Shown here in pieces: positions 1-7,937 of a stretch of 40,773 nucleotides of DNA (within the stretch, counting starts at the first letter, position 1; the number at the start of each line of letters is the position of its first letter). The translations under genes and the position numbers were made by a program. The DNA comes from an uncultured Gammaproteobacteria bacterium (lineage in GTDB: Bacteria; Patescibacteriota; Microgenomatia; UBA1406; GWC2-37-13): positions 1-40,773 of the forward strand of contig CAZHJA010000001.1 in NCBI GenBank assembly GCA_964532865.1. The letters are read 5' to 3'. The notes beneath the pieces were generated by a model, which saw only the letters and a list, made by a program, of their open reading frames with translations, made no database searches and had not been told where the DNA came from.

Positions 1-60
1 TATTCTTGAAAGAACTTTCAGATTATCTTCTAGAATAAGAATTGTTTTGCTTAATGTCAT
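1..60 (-). CDS. Partial CDS running off the left edge; the N-terminus resembles a response-regulator receiver domain
   Basis: My own minus-strand translation from the ATG at 58-60 gives MTLSKTILILEDNLKVLSRI. The ILILEDN pattern is typical of receiver-domain N-termini. Only 20 codons are visible. Confidence 0.3.
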   Translation of the reverse strand, partial: MTLSKTILILEDNLKVLSRI

Positions 61-219
61 ATTGTTGTGTGAGTATTATGATTATCTTACCAAAAATTGA
101 CAAAATAAGATGAATAGTGGTAAAGACGTAATGACTATATTAACTAGTAAAGAAGATGAAACCTTACCTACTTCTATATATGGAGAACTTTCTGTTAAAT
201 AGCTTTTGTGTTTCACGAC

Positions 220-597
220 TCACAATCCTTTGTCGTGTAAACAGAACTGATATTCCTCTTTATTTGCTTTTCTCCACTTTTCTTTTGCAGGAATCGCATC
301 ACGCTCAATACTATATTCTTCAATAATTTTTTTATTATTTCTTTTACAATCACTAGCTAGTGATTGTTCCAACTTCCAAAAAGTAGAATCAGGATCTAAT
401 ACCATAATAGTACAATCTTCTATCAGTCCTTTTACTTGTAATTCTCCTTCAGTTAATGCAGAGTAAGCAGGTTTTGCTGCTTCAAAATATTTTACCCATG
501 AACAATCATGTTTAATTTGTGCTGGTCTTATTTGAAGCCAATAAAAAAGGGATGCTCCAATAATAATAGTTAATAAAATAATTAATACGCTTTTCAT
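220..597 (-). CDS. Hypothetical membrane-anchored or secreted protein
   Basis: 125-aa ORF with an N-terminal hydrophobic segment (VLIILLTIIIGASLFYWL) and four Cys in the soluble part. I recognise no family. Confidence 0.5.
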   Translation of the reverse strand: MKSVLIILLTIIIGASLFYWLQIRPAQIKHDCSWVKYFEAAKPAYSALTEGELQVKGLIEDCTIMVLDPDSTFWKLEQSLASDCKRNNKKIIEEYSIERDAIPAKEKWRKANKEEYQFCLHDKGL

Positions 598-736
598 TTT
601 AATTCACTTTAATTTTCATTATTACTATATTTTACCTGATTTGTTCATTTTATGTTCATCCGCTCTGAAGTATAGAATCAGCCTTAAAGCAAATCTAAAT
701 CTCTATTAATTTCGGTATTTTGGTATAGTAGCAATT

Positions 737-1351
737 ATGAGACCTCATTTTTATCACAGAATGGAAGCTGATTATCTGAAGAAAGTAAAGATATGGCGCC
801 TAAAAAGAAAAGGGTGGTTAAAAATAGGCAATACATACTCCATAACAATTGAATGGAAACATGACGAGAACAGGAGCGGTCTTCGCCTGGAAGTTTCTCT
901 ACTGTCAGATGTAGATAGAAAAATAAAGTCACAAGACATAGATAAGTATGCCCGCTTTACATATACTCAAACAGACCAAGAAGGTAATAAAAACGAGTTT
1001 GATTACAAAGTGCCTCTTACCACTACTCTTTGCAACTTTGGTGGCTGTAGATACTGGTTTATATGTCTATTCTGCCAAAGACGTGTTGGCGTACTTTATA
1101 AGAGAGGTGATTATTTTGCATGTAGGCATTGCCAGTATCTAACTTATGAAAGTAGAAACCTAAGCGGGCGCTGGAAGTGGGCAGGAAAGATTATAAGCGA
1201 ACCAGAAATTGAAGCTTTGCGGAAAGAGGTAAAACGAATATCTTATAATGGCAGACCAACTAGAAAGCTAAAAAGATACTTACGTAAGAAGAAAAAGTTT
1301 CAAGAAATCTATTACAGAAATGTTTATTTATTACAAACCATAAGCAGCTAA
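737..1351 (+). CDS. Hypothetical zinc-ribbon protein
   Basis: 204-aa ORF with the Cys cluster CNFGGCRYWFICLFCQRRV...FACRHCQYLTYESRN (paired CxxC-type motifs) and a basic C-terminus. Proteins of this pattern are often seen near mobile DNA. Its last 21 nt overlap the convergent ORF 1331-2209. Confidence 0.5.
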   Translation: MRPHFYHRMEADYLKKVKIWRLKRKGWLKIGNTYSITIEWKHDENRSGLRLEVSLLSDVDRKIKSQDIDKYARFTYTQTDQEGNKNEFDYKVPLTTTLCNFGGCRYWFICLFCQRRVGVLYKRGDYFACRHCQYLTYESRNLSGRWKWAGKIISEPEIEALRKEVKRISYNGRPTRKLKRYLRKKKKFQEIYYRNVYLLQTISS

Positions 1352-2209
1352 AATGGTATTTAGCTGGCTGGTATAATAGTTATTATTTAGAATTTGGGCG
1401 TAAACTTCTTGGTTATCATTTATCCAATCCTGATGAGCTCTTTGTTTTTTGCCTTCAATTACGTTCATGGCAACTGGTTGATTCTGTATTTGCTCAAGGG
1501 TTTGTCTTAACTCATCTAGCTTAGTCTCTATCTCTGGATTTGATTGCGTTTCTTGCTCATTATTATTAAGCTCTTGAAGTTTGTTTAGATAATCTTGATG
1601 TAGTTGGATTTCCTGTTCAAGCTCATGTTTATATTGGGGATAATATTTTTCAACTATCTTGAGAAGGTGTTCATTTTGTTGGTCATAATTCATGTATTGG
1701 AGATTGTGTGTTCTTAAAAACTCGTTGTAGGCATTAGTCCAAAGTGTCCGTTCTCTCTCTGGAAAGCTAGATATATCTCCGAGTGGAATGATAGAATATG
1801 TCTGTTGTTGGGTCGCAGTAGTGTTTTCTTGACTTACAGTAAGTGGAGATTCAGGTATAGATGAGGGAACGTCATTTATAAAAGAATTTTGTGTTTGAAT
1901 GGGCATTAAGGCTTCCTCTGTTTTTCCTTCCAATTCACTTACTCCTAATACTTCTGATTGTGCTTTCTTTGTTGGAATTTGACTAGATATTGATGTGGGT
2001 CGAGTAACATTATCTTCTTTTAATTGTGGTTTTTGTGTTGAGGTTGGACTAGATGTTGATGTGAATTGAGTGACATTGTCCTTTTTAGTAATAAAAGGCA
2101 ATTTCCCTTTTTTATATAAAACAATACCTGTGCCAGAAAGCGTCAAGACAGAAACAATAATAACTATTAAGAGCGGTATCTGGATAAACCCTTTATTAAA
2201 TTTTTTCAT
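1331..2209 (-). CDS. Hypothetical membrane-anchored protein with an S/T/P-rich linker and a Q/E-rich coiled-coil-like C-terminal half
   Basis: 292-aa ORF with an N-terminal TM segment (IQIPLLIVIIVSVLTLSGTGIVL). It contains an internal 22-aa duplication (DNVTQFTSTSSPTSTQKPQ / DNVTRPTSISSQIPTKKAQ). Confidence 0.55.
   Translation of the reverse strand: MKKFNKGFIQIPLLIVIIVSVLTLSGTGIVLYKKGKLPFITKKDNVTQFTSTSSPTSTQKPQLKEDNVTRPTSISSQIPTKKAQSEVLGVSELEGKTEEALMPIQTQNSFINDVPSSIPESPLTVSQENTTATQQQTYSIIPLGDISSFPERERTLWTNAYNEFLRTHNLQYMNYDQQNEHLLKIVEKYYPQYKHELEQEIQLHQDYLNKLQELNNNEQETQSNPEIETKLDELRQTLEQIQNQPVAMNVIEGKKQRAHQDWINDNQEVYAQILNNNYYTSQLNTILAAYGL
1981..2080. repeat. Imperfect tandem duplication with a 66-nt period, inside CDS 1331-2209
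   Basis: gactagatattgatgtgggtcgagtaacattatc (1981-2014) versus gactagatgttgatgtgaattgagtgacattgtc (2047-2080). About 28 of 34 positions are identical. Confidence 0.6.
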
Positions 2210-2258
2210 CTAAGTCCTTTTGAGTTAAAAAATAATAAGTTTTTTATTTTGTTCCACT

Positions 2259-2513
2259 TTATTTATTACTACTTGACAAAACTACTATAAAAAATCCAAG
2301 AGGAATCAAAATCATAAGTGCTATCACTACATAAAGAAACGCCTTCAAAATTTTGTAAGCTACTTTGTAACGTTTATATAATCCATGTTTTTTCAACTTC
2401 TCTTCGGCTTTCTGAACCAACGAATCTTTTATAGGAGGTAAAACATACCAACAGATATATAAAAGGATACCCGTTACACCTCCGATAATAATTTTTTTAA
2501 ATACCTTTTCCAT
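2259..2513 (-). CDS. Small two-TM membrane protein, hypothetical
   Basis: 84-aa ORF with two hydrophobic segments flanking a basic loop (KKHGLYKRYKVAYK). It lies directly downstream, on the minus strand, of a structured GC-rich spacer. Confidence 0.5.
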   Translation of the reverse strand: MEKVFKKIIIGGVTGILLYICWYVLPPIKDSLVQKAEEKLKKHGLYKRYKVAYKILKAFLYVVIALMILIPLGFFIVVLSSSNK

Positions 2514-2536
2514 ATGTCTTTTATTGGCAGAGACAT

Positions 2537-2642
2537 AAAAAAGCTCCCCGCCAGCTAGTAATCTTTTCAGATCACCATATTCCTTTCGGAATACGACCTA
2601 CCACAGGTTTGCTAGACGAGGAGCTCTCGCTCCTGTGGTAGG
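2537..2642 (-). ncRNA. Candidate structured RNA element (leader, complex terminator or sRNA) between the HTH gene and the 84-aa membrane protein gene
   Basis: A perfect 11-bp stem pairs cctaccacagg (2597-2607) with cctgtggtagg (2632-2642). On the minus strand there is a 6-bp hairpin with a GAAA loop (2578-2593). A 10-bp long-range pairing joins 2615-2624 to 2543-2552. It has two C-A mismatches on the plus strand that become G-U pairs on the minus strand. It is followed by U6 (2537-2542). The spacer is clearly more GC-rich than its flanks. Confidence 0.3.
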
Positions 2643-2698
2643 ATATTTATGCCATGCTCTATTTTGTAGAGTTTAGGCACTCTAATTATTAATCTTAG

Positions 2699-2881
2699 CT
2701 AAATCTTTTTATTCTTAATAAAATCTATTAGATCATTTTTATGATATCTTCTATCTCCTCTTTTACCAAAACGAATTGCTTTTAATAAACCATCTTTATC
2801 CCATTTACGAAGAGTGTTTGGGTGAACATTTAGAAGTTCTACTGCTTCTGAAAGTTTTATTAATTTGTTGTCTTTTTTCAT
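2699..2881 (-). CDS. Excisionase/MerR-type helix-turn-helix DNA-binding protein
   Basis: The 60-aa sequence LSEAVELLNVHPNTLRKWDKDGLLKAIRFGKRGDRRYHKNDLIDFI matches the excisionase-family HTH pattern (TLxxW...G.L...R....RRY...DL..F). Confidence 0.7.
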   Translation of the reverse strand: MKKDNKLIKLSEAVELLNVHPNTLRKWDKDGLLKAIRFGKRGDRRYHKNDLIDFIKNKKI

Positions 2882-2976
2882 TAAACCTTAATTTAACATT
2901 TGCTAACATTAATATACAACATTTTTGCTAAAATAGAAAGTGCCTAATAATTTAGGAATGATAATTAAAAATTAAA

Positions 2977-4185
2977 ATGAGTATGACGCCGAGAGAGAAA
3001 TCTATAGAGACGATCATTGCCGATTTGGAGACTAAATACGAAGAGACTATTAATGAACCTTCCAAAAATAACTTCTTTCTTAAGATAGCGGATTATGGTA
3101 AGTATCTTCTGGAAAGCAAGATTCTTGCATCTATCCTTAAACCTCTACCCAGACAAGCAAAGGAAGATCTAGAGAACTATAATGAAAAAAGAGATAGCTT
3201 TATTGAAAAATGGAAACAGTTAGTAAAAGACATACTGGGTAAAGTTGAAAAAACAGGAATAAAAGATCATCCTACAAGTCCTTTTATAAACCAGATTAAT
3301 CAGCTTAAAGGAAGATTTGACCAAGTTGAAACCTCATATTTTGAAGAAAATATTGATTATTTCTATCAACCCTACCAAGAGTTGATAGACAAATTTCGTA
3401 AGGAAGGGAAAGTAAAACTTATAAAAAACCACATATCTGAAGATAGACGTTGCCCCATGCTATTTAAAAAATATAACGAGGCTTGTACTGAATGGGGGGA
3501 ATTTAAGCGTTTAAGGGAAAACGCAGTATGGTGGGCTCATTACAACATTGAAAGATTGGCTTGCGGAGTACTGGGTTTAGAAAGGGCTAAAAGCTATTTC
3601 AAAAGGGATAACTATATAGATGATATGTATGGGTTTGAGTTCAAACAAATTACTAAGGGCAATAGCTCTGTCTTTCTCAGAAAGAAACGTTTTGAGAAGT
3701 GGTTGAAACGATTGCATAGATTCTTAATACCTAGGCTTGAATCTTACAGAAAAACACTGTCAGAATCTAAAGAAAGACACGGTCAACTTATAAATGAAAT
3801 CAAGGATGGAACAAAGGATCCCACCATACATTCTCAAGAAGATGCTCAAGAACACAGAAAACTTACGCTCCCCTCTGGTTGCAAGCTCGTAGAAGAAGAT
3901 AATCTTCTGAAAATCAGAAAGAATAAAACAGTCATCTTCACTTTCCCAAACAATTGGTCAAATAAGTGTAGATATTTTAAGTGCTTATGGGAAAACTATG
4001 GAATTAAGATGAGTTATAAGGAAACTTACGAATTTAATTCAAATCTCAAATACCCAGAAAAAAGTGTGTGGCGATTAAATCGTAATATGCGAGGGACTAT
4101 TAACAAGCTAAGAAAAGAGTTTAAAAATAAAAATCTGCCTCTGTCCATAGAAACGAATAAGGGTTTTACTCTAATAATCTCCTAA
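2977..4185 (+). CDS. Hypothetical protein; the C-terminal ~100 aa resemble an OmpR/PhoB-type winged helix
   Basis: 402-aa ORF. The C-terminal pattern FKCLWENYGIKMSYKE...RLNRNMRGTINKLRKEF...LSIETNKGFTLI resembles the Trans_reg_C consensus (L..N.G...S...L...........I..LRKKL.....I.T.RG.GY.L). The N-terminal part is unassigned. Confidence 0.45.
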   Translation: MSMTPREKSIETIIADLETKYEETINEPSKNNFFLKIADYGKYLLESKILASILKPLPRQAKEDLENYNEKRDSFIEKWKQLVKDILGKVEKTGIKDHPTSPFINQINQLKGRFDQVETSYFEENIDYFYQPYQELIDKFRKEGKVKLIKNHISEDRRCPMLFKKYNEACTEWGEFKRLRENAVWWAHYNIERLACGVLGLERAKSYFKRDNYIDDMYGFEFKQITKGNSSVFLRKKRFEKWLKRLHRFLIPRLESYRKTLSESKERHGQLINEIKDGTKDPTIHSQEDAQEHRKLTLPSGCKLVEEDNLLKIRKNKTVIFTFPNNWSNKCRYFKCLWENYGIKMSYKETYEFNSNLKYPEKSVWRLNRNMRGTINKLRKEFKNKNLPLSIETNKGFTLIIS

Positions 4186-4291
4186 CTTCTTCAATTACCG
4201 TCAAAAGGTTCTAAAAAGTTCTAATCTGCCCCAATTGACTAGCTAATATCTTGTTTTAAAATTAAATCAACATCTAATTTATGTAATTATT

Positions 4292-4546
4292 ATGAATCAA
4301 CAAAAATTAAACGCTAACAATTATTACTCTACTTCCGACCTTGCGTTAGCAACAGCTCTTTCTCTTTTTTATGCCCTAGAGACAATTGATCGCACCAATC
4401 CCCGCAAAGCCCAGTTTCTATTCAAGCGAGACGAAAACCTAAACCAACTCATTGAGAATTTTTGGAGAGGTCAATTAAAAGTTAATCCTATTGTCTATTT
4501 TAATCAAAAAAAGATGATTAAGGCAAGGCTCTACGGAGAAAAATAA
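4292..4546 (+). CDS. DUF5659-like small protein
   Basis: The 84-aa sequence YSTSDLALATALSLFYALETIDRTNPRKAQFLFKRDENLNQLIENFWRGQLKVNP fits the DUF5659 pattern as I remember it from phage and CPR proteins. Confidence 0.55.
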   Translation: MNQQKLNANNYYSTSDLALATALSLFYALETIDRTNPRKAQFLFKRDENLNQLIENFWRGQLKVNPIVYFNQKKMIKARLYGEK

Positions 4547-4548
4547 AT

Positions 4549-4704
4549 ATGGTTAGTCAAAGTCTTATTAAGGAGTTGAGAACGATTATAAGAGAAGACT
4601 ATAGTGTAGAACTGGAGATGAAAGAGATAAAAGAGATCGCAGACACTCTTGTAAATTATTTTGACATTTTATCAGAAGTTGAATATCAAAAGTATGTTAA
4701 ATAA
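4549..4704 (+). CDS. Small hypothetical ORF (51 aa), not in the supplied track
   Basis: My own translation is MVSQSLIKELRTIIREDYSVELEMKEIKEIADTLVNYFDILSEVEYQKYVK. The ATG is 2 nt after the stop of the previous gene, and the ORF overlaps the ATG at 4694 of the next gene. That packing is typical of translational coupling. Confidence 0.35.
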   Translation: MVSQSLIKELRTIIREDYSVELEMKEIKEIADTLVNYFDILSEVEYQKYVK

Positions 4705-6130
4705 TAAACAATTGGAGTTTTTGATAACACTTAAAGAACATCACTTAATAGAATACTTAAAGAACAGATCATTTGAGGAATTGTCCGCCATAACAACTGA
4801 TATAAAAGCCTGTACACTGCCTATTAATGGTCTTTCTAATCAACAAAGAGAAAAATATCTTACAACACTATCTTATGTTGAAGCTCAATTAAATGCGATT
4901 GCTCAAAGTCAAAATAGAGATGACGACTTTGAATTTATTGACACATCACAATTCAATCCGATGACATCAACTGAGCTTATTAAGATTTTAGGTCTAACCA
5001 TAAAAAGAGATGAAATAAACAAACTTATAACGTTTATGACTTGTATTTCAGCTTTTACAGAAGATTCTCAGCTTAATATGAGTTTTAATGCTCCATCCTC
5101 AAGCGGTAAATCTTATATTCCAATTGAAATTGCAACGCTCTTTCCTTCAGAAGATGTTATTGAAGTTGGATATTGTAGTCCAACAGCCTTTTTTCATAGT
5201 TACGGAGCCTTTGATAAAGAAAAACAGGGTTATATTGTAGACCTATCACGAAAGATTCTTATATTTCTTGATCAACCACACCAACAATTATTAGCTCATC
5301 TACGACCTACACTATCTCATGACAAGAAAGAGATGGTTATAAAAATCACTGACAAAACCCAAAAGTTCGGGCTCAAAACAAAAAATATATATATTATTGG
5401 TTATCCTTCTGTAGTATTTTGTACAGCAGGACTCAAGATAGACGAACAGGAAGCTACAAGACTACTACTTTTGTCTCCAGAAATAAGCCAAGAGAAGATT
5501 CGGGACGCTGTTATGGAAAAAATAAGAAGAGAATCTGATAAGAGAAGTTATTACGAAGCATTATACGAAAATCCAGAACGAACTCTTCTGAAGCTACGAA
5601 TAAAAGCTATAAAACGGGAGGCTGTCAGTGATATTGTTATAAAGAATCATGAACTTGTTGAGCAGATGTTCTTTAAAAGAATTAATAAACTGAAGCCTAA
5701 ACACCAAAGAGACATGGGTAGAATTATTAATCTTGCAAAGCTGTTTGCCCTTCTTAATCTATGGCATAGAGATAGGGATAACGATACTATCTTTGTAAGC
5801 GATGAAGATATAAAAGAAGCCTTTTCTGTCTGGGACACTATTGCACCAAGTCAAGAGTTAAATTTACCTCCCTACGTGTATAATCTTTACGAAGATATTA
5901 TTGTTGGAGCGTATAAAGAGAAAAATGACGATGCGGGAACTGTTGGTATAGATTCTGAAGGATTAACTAAGGCTGAGATTCAAAAGAAGAATTATGATGT
6001 TCAAGGGCGCTTTTTACCCGACTGGCAACTTAGACAACAGATACTACCAATGCTTGAGACAGCTGGACTTATAAGAATTGAGTCTGATCCTAAAGATAGA
6101 AGAAAAATATTGATTTATCCTATTATTTAA
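4694..6130 (+). CDS. P-loop NTPase with a C-terminal MarR-like winged helix; candidate replication or initiator protein of the element
   Basis: It has a Walker A motif (APSSSGKS), a Walker-B-like motif (KILIFLDQ) and a C-terminal LIRIESDPKDRRKILIYP wHTH-like motif. I prefer the ATG at 4694 over the track's TTG at 4661. Confidence 0.55.
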   Translation: MLNNKQLEFLITLKEHHLIEYLKNRSFEELSAITTDIKACTLPINGLSNQQREKYLTTLSYVEAQLNAIAQSQNRDDDFEFIDTSQFNPMTSTELIKILGLTIKRDEINKLITFMTCISAFTEDSQLNMSFNAPSSSGKSYIPIEIATLFPSEDVIEVGYCSPTAFFHSYGAFDKEKQGYIVDLSRKILIFLDQPHQQLLAHLRPTLSHDKKEMVIKITDKTQKFGLKTKNIYIIGYPSVVFCTAGLKIDEQEATRLLLLSPEISQEKIRDAVMEKIRRESDKRSYYEALYENPERTLLKLRIKAIKREAVSDIVIKNHELVEQMFFKRINKLKPKHQRDMGRIINLAKLFALLNLWHRDRDNDTIFVSDEDIKEAFSVWDTIAPSQELNLPPYVYNLYEDIIVGAYKEKNDDAGTVGIDSEGLTKAEIQKKNYDVQGRFLPDWQLRQQILPMLETAGLIRIESDPKDRRKILIYPII

Positions 6131-6256
6131 CTTACTAGATCTGGAAAACAAAACAATAGTGAGTCACACGGTAGGTTAGAAAATAAAGATAGGAAATAAA
6201 TAAGGCTTAAGTTAATATTACTTGACATTACTTTATATATTATTTAAACTAAAACC

Positions 6257-7852
6257 ATGAGGAGCATTTTATTTTGCAGAGTTTCAAGCAAGGAACAAGA
6301 AGACGAAGGCTATAGTCTACCCTCTCAAGAAAAATTGCTTAAAGATTATGCAGAAAAGAATCATTTAGAGATAGTTAAGGTATTTTCAATATCTGAAACT
6401 GGAAGTAAAAGTGATCAGAGAAAAACCTTCAAAGAGATGTTAGATTTTATAAAGAAAAATGATATTAAAGTTTTAGTGTGTGAAAAAACAGATAGGTTGC
6501 TTAGGAATAAAAAGGATGCAGTAAAAATAGATGAATGGATGAATGATAATGCAGATAGAAGTGTCCATTTCGTAAAAGAAAGCTCCGTTTTGCATAGAGA
6601 CTCAAAATCCCACGAAAAGTTTATATGGAATATACGAGTGAGCGTTGCACAGTTTTATACAGATAATCTTTCGGAAGATGTTAAAAAAGGTCAGGTAGAA
6701 AAAATAGCTCAAGGTTGGCTTCCAACAAAACCGCCAACAGGCTACAAAACCATTGGAGAAAAAGGACATAGAATTCACGTAACAAATGAGGACGTTTCTC
6801 CTCTTGTAATCAAAATGTTCCAGCTCTATGAGTCTGGAGAATATTCAGTTAAAAGACTTACTGATAAAATGTTTGAACTTGGCTTAAAAAATCTTAATGG
6901 TAATAAGATATGTAAAAGTAGGATTCATATCTTGTTACAAGAAATTTTCTATATAGGAAAAATAAAGTGGAATCGCCAGATATATCAAGGAGAACATAAA
7001 CCCATAATAGATAGAGACTTGTTTGATTGTGTTCAAAAACGGCTCAAAGGCAAAACTACTTCTCGTTATCAAAAACACAACCACTTATTTACTGGTCTAA
7101 TGAAATGCTTTGAATGTGGCGGTAGTGAATCTTGGGAAATTCATAAAGGAATTGTTTATGGACACTGCAATCATTACAGAAATTGTACCCAGAAGGTATG
7201 GGTAAGAGAAGATAAAGTAGAAAATCAGATTATTGCTGTATTGGATAAGCTTAAAATAATAAATCAAAGAATAACCGAATGGATTAAAAAAGCACTATTA
7301 GAACATCATAAGAAAAATATTGAATGTCGGGACAGCTCGGTTGAACAGCTTAATAGTAGAGTTAAACAGATTCAAATTAAGTTAGATAATTTATATGACG
7401 ATAAAGTCTCTATCCAGATAACTAAAGAGTTTTATAATAAAAAATTTCAACAATATTCAGATGAGCTTGATAAAGCTGAGAGACAACTAAGTAAACAGTC
7501 AAAAAACAATATGCAATATTACCAGCTTGGCATAAATTACTTTGATCTTGCTCAAAAGGGCTCTCTAATTTATAAAAGAGCAAAAAAAGAACAAAAAAGA
7601 CTTCTTCTTAAGCTTGTATTCAAGAATATGCAACTTAATGAAGGATTTTTATCCTTTAAGCTAACTAGAGCTTTTGAGATACTTTCTGAAATCGCAAAAG
7701 AGGTTAATAGTTCGAAAGTGCTTATAAAAGTTAAAGATCCTAATAGTATTTCCGAACTTGATAGAAAGATTAATACAACAAGCCAAATGATACAATATTT
7801 TGCTCTTCGTCCAGCCCTGCTCCCCCGAGTGGATTCGAACCACCAACCTTGA
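6257..7852 (+). CDS. Large serine recombinase (integrase)
   Basis: The N-terminal resolvase catalytic domain (ILFCRVSSKEQEDEGYSLPSQ with the catalytic Ser, DRLLRN) is followed by a recombinase domain. A Cys/His zinc module (CFECGG...GHCNHYRNC) and a coiled-coil region come next. The last 11 codons (LLPRVDSNHQP) are the antisense of tRNA-Asn. Confidence 0.9.
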   Translation: MRSILFCRVSSKEQEDEGYSLPSQEKLLKDYAEKNHLEIVKVFSISETGSKSDQRKTFKEMLDFIKKNDIKVLVCEKTDRLLRNKKDAVKIDEWMNDNADRSVHFVKESSVLHRDSKSHEKFIWNIRVSVAQFYTDNLSEDVKKGQVEKIAQGWLPTKPPTGYKTIGEKGHRIHVTNEDVSPLVIKMFQLYESGEYSVKRLTDKMFELGLKNLNGNKICKSRIHILLQEIFYIGKIKWNRQIYQGEHKPIIDRDLFDCVQKRLKGKTTSRYQKHNHLFTGLMKCFECGGSESWEIHKGIVYGHCNHYRNCTQKVWVREDKVENQIIAVLDKLKIINQRITEWIKKALLEHHKKNIECRDSSVEQLNSRVKQIQIKLDNLYDDKVSIQITKEFYNKKFQQYSDELDKAERQLSKQSKNNMQYYQLGINYFDLAQKGSLIYKRAKKEQKRLLLKLVFKNMQLNEGFLSFKLTRAFEILSEIAKEVNSSKVLIKVKDPNSISELDRKINTTSQMIQYFALRPALLPRVDSNHQP

Positions 7853-7891
7853 AGTTAACAGCTTCCTGCTCTACCGTTGAGCTACAGGGGA
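7820..7891 (-). tRNA. tRNA-Asn(GTT): tRNA-Asn (anticodon GTT); CCA not encoded
   Basis: Manual fold of the reverse complement: acceptor TCCCCTG/CGGGGGA, D arm GCTC-AACGGTA-GAGC, anticodon arm GGAAG-CTGTTAA-CTTCA, T arm GGTGG-TTCGAAT-CCACT, discriminator G. Confidence 0.9.
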
Positions 7892-7937
7892 TATGTATAT
7901 TATACAATCCCTTAAATCCTTTTTCATGATAAAATAT

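Larger units (their letters stand above)
2699..7852. mobile_element. Minimum extent of an integrative element inserted at tRNA-Asn: Xis-like HTH, 402-aa protein, DUF5659-like protein, small ORF, P-loop/wHTH protein and large serine recombinase
   Basis: The recombinase ORF ends inside the antisense of the tRNA-Asn 3' half. All neighbouring genes are non-housekeeping and tightly coupled. The left boundary is not determinable and may lie at about 2.5 kb or beyond the window start. Confidence 0.5.

Noticed and set aside
735-1142. ORFs 735-932 (-) and 948-1142 (+), which overlap 737-1351.
   Set aside because: They are alternative-frame or antisense shadows of the longer zinc-ribbon ORF. No independent signals support them.
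2543-2552. gctccccg resembles the tRNA-Asn 3' acceptor segment gctcccccg, and could be the attL remnant that marks the element's left end.
   Set aside because: The match is only 8 nt with an indel and is statistically meaningless on its own. Serine integrases need only a very short shared core, so the left boundary cannot be called from this.
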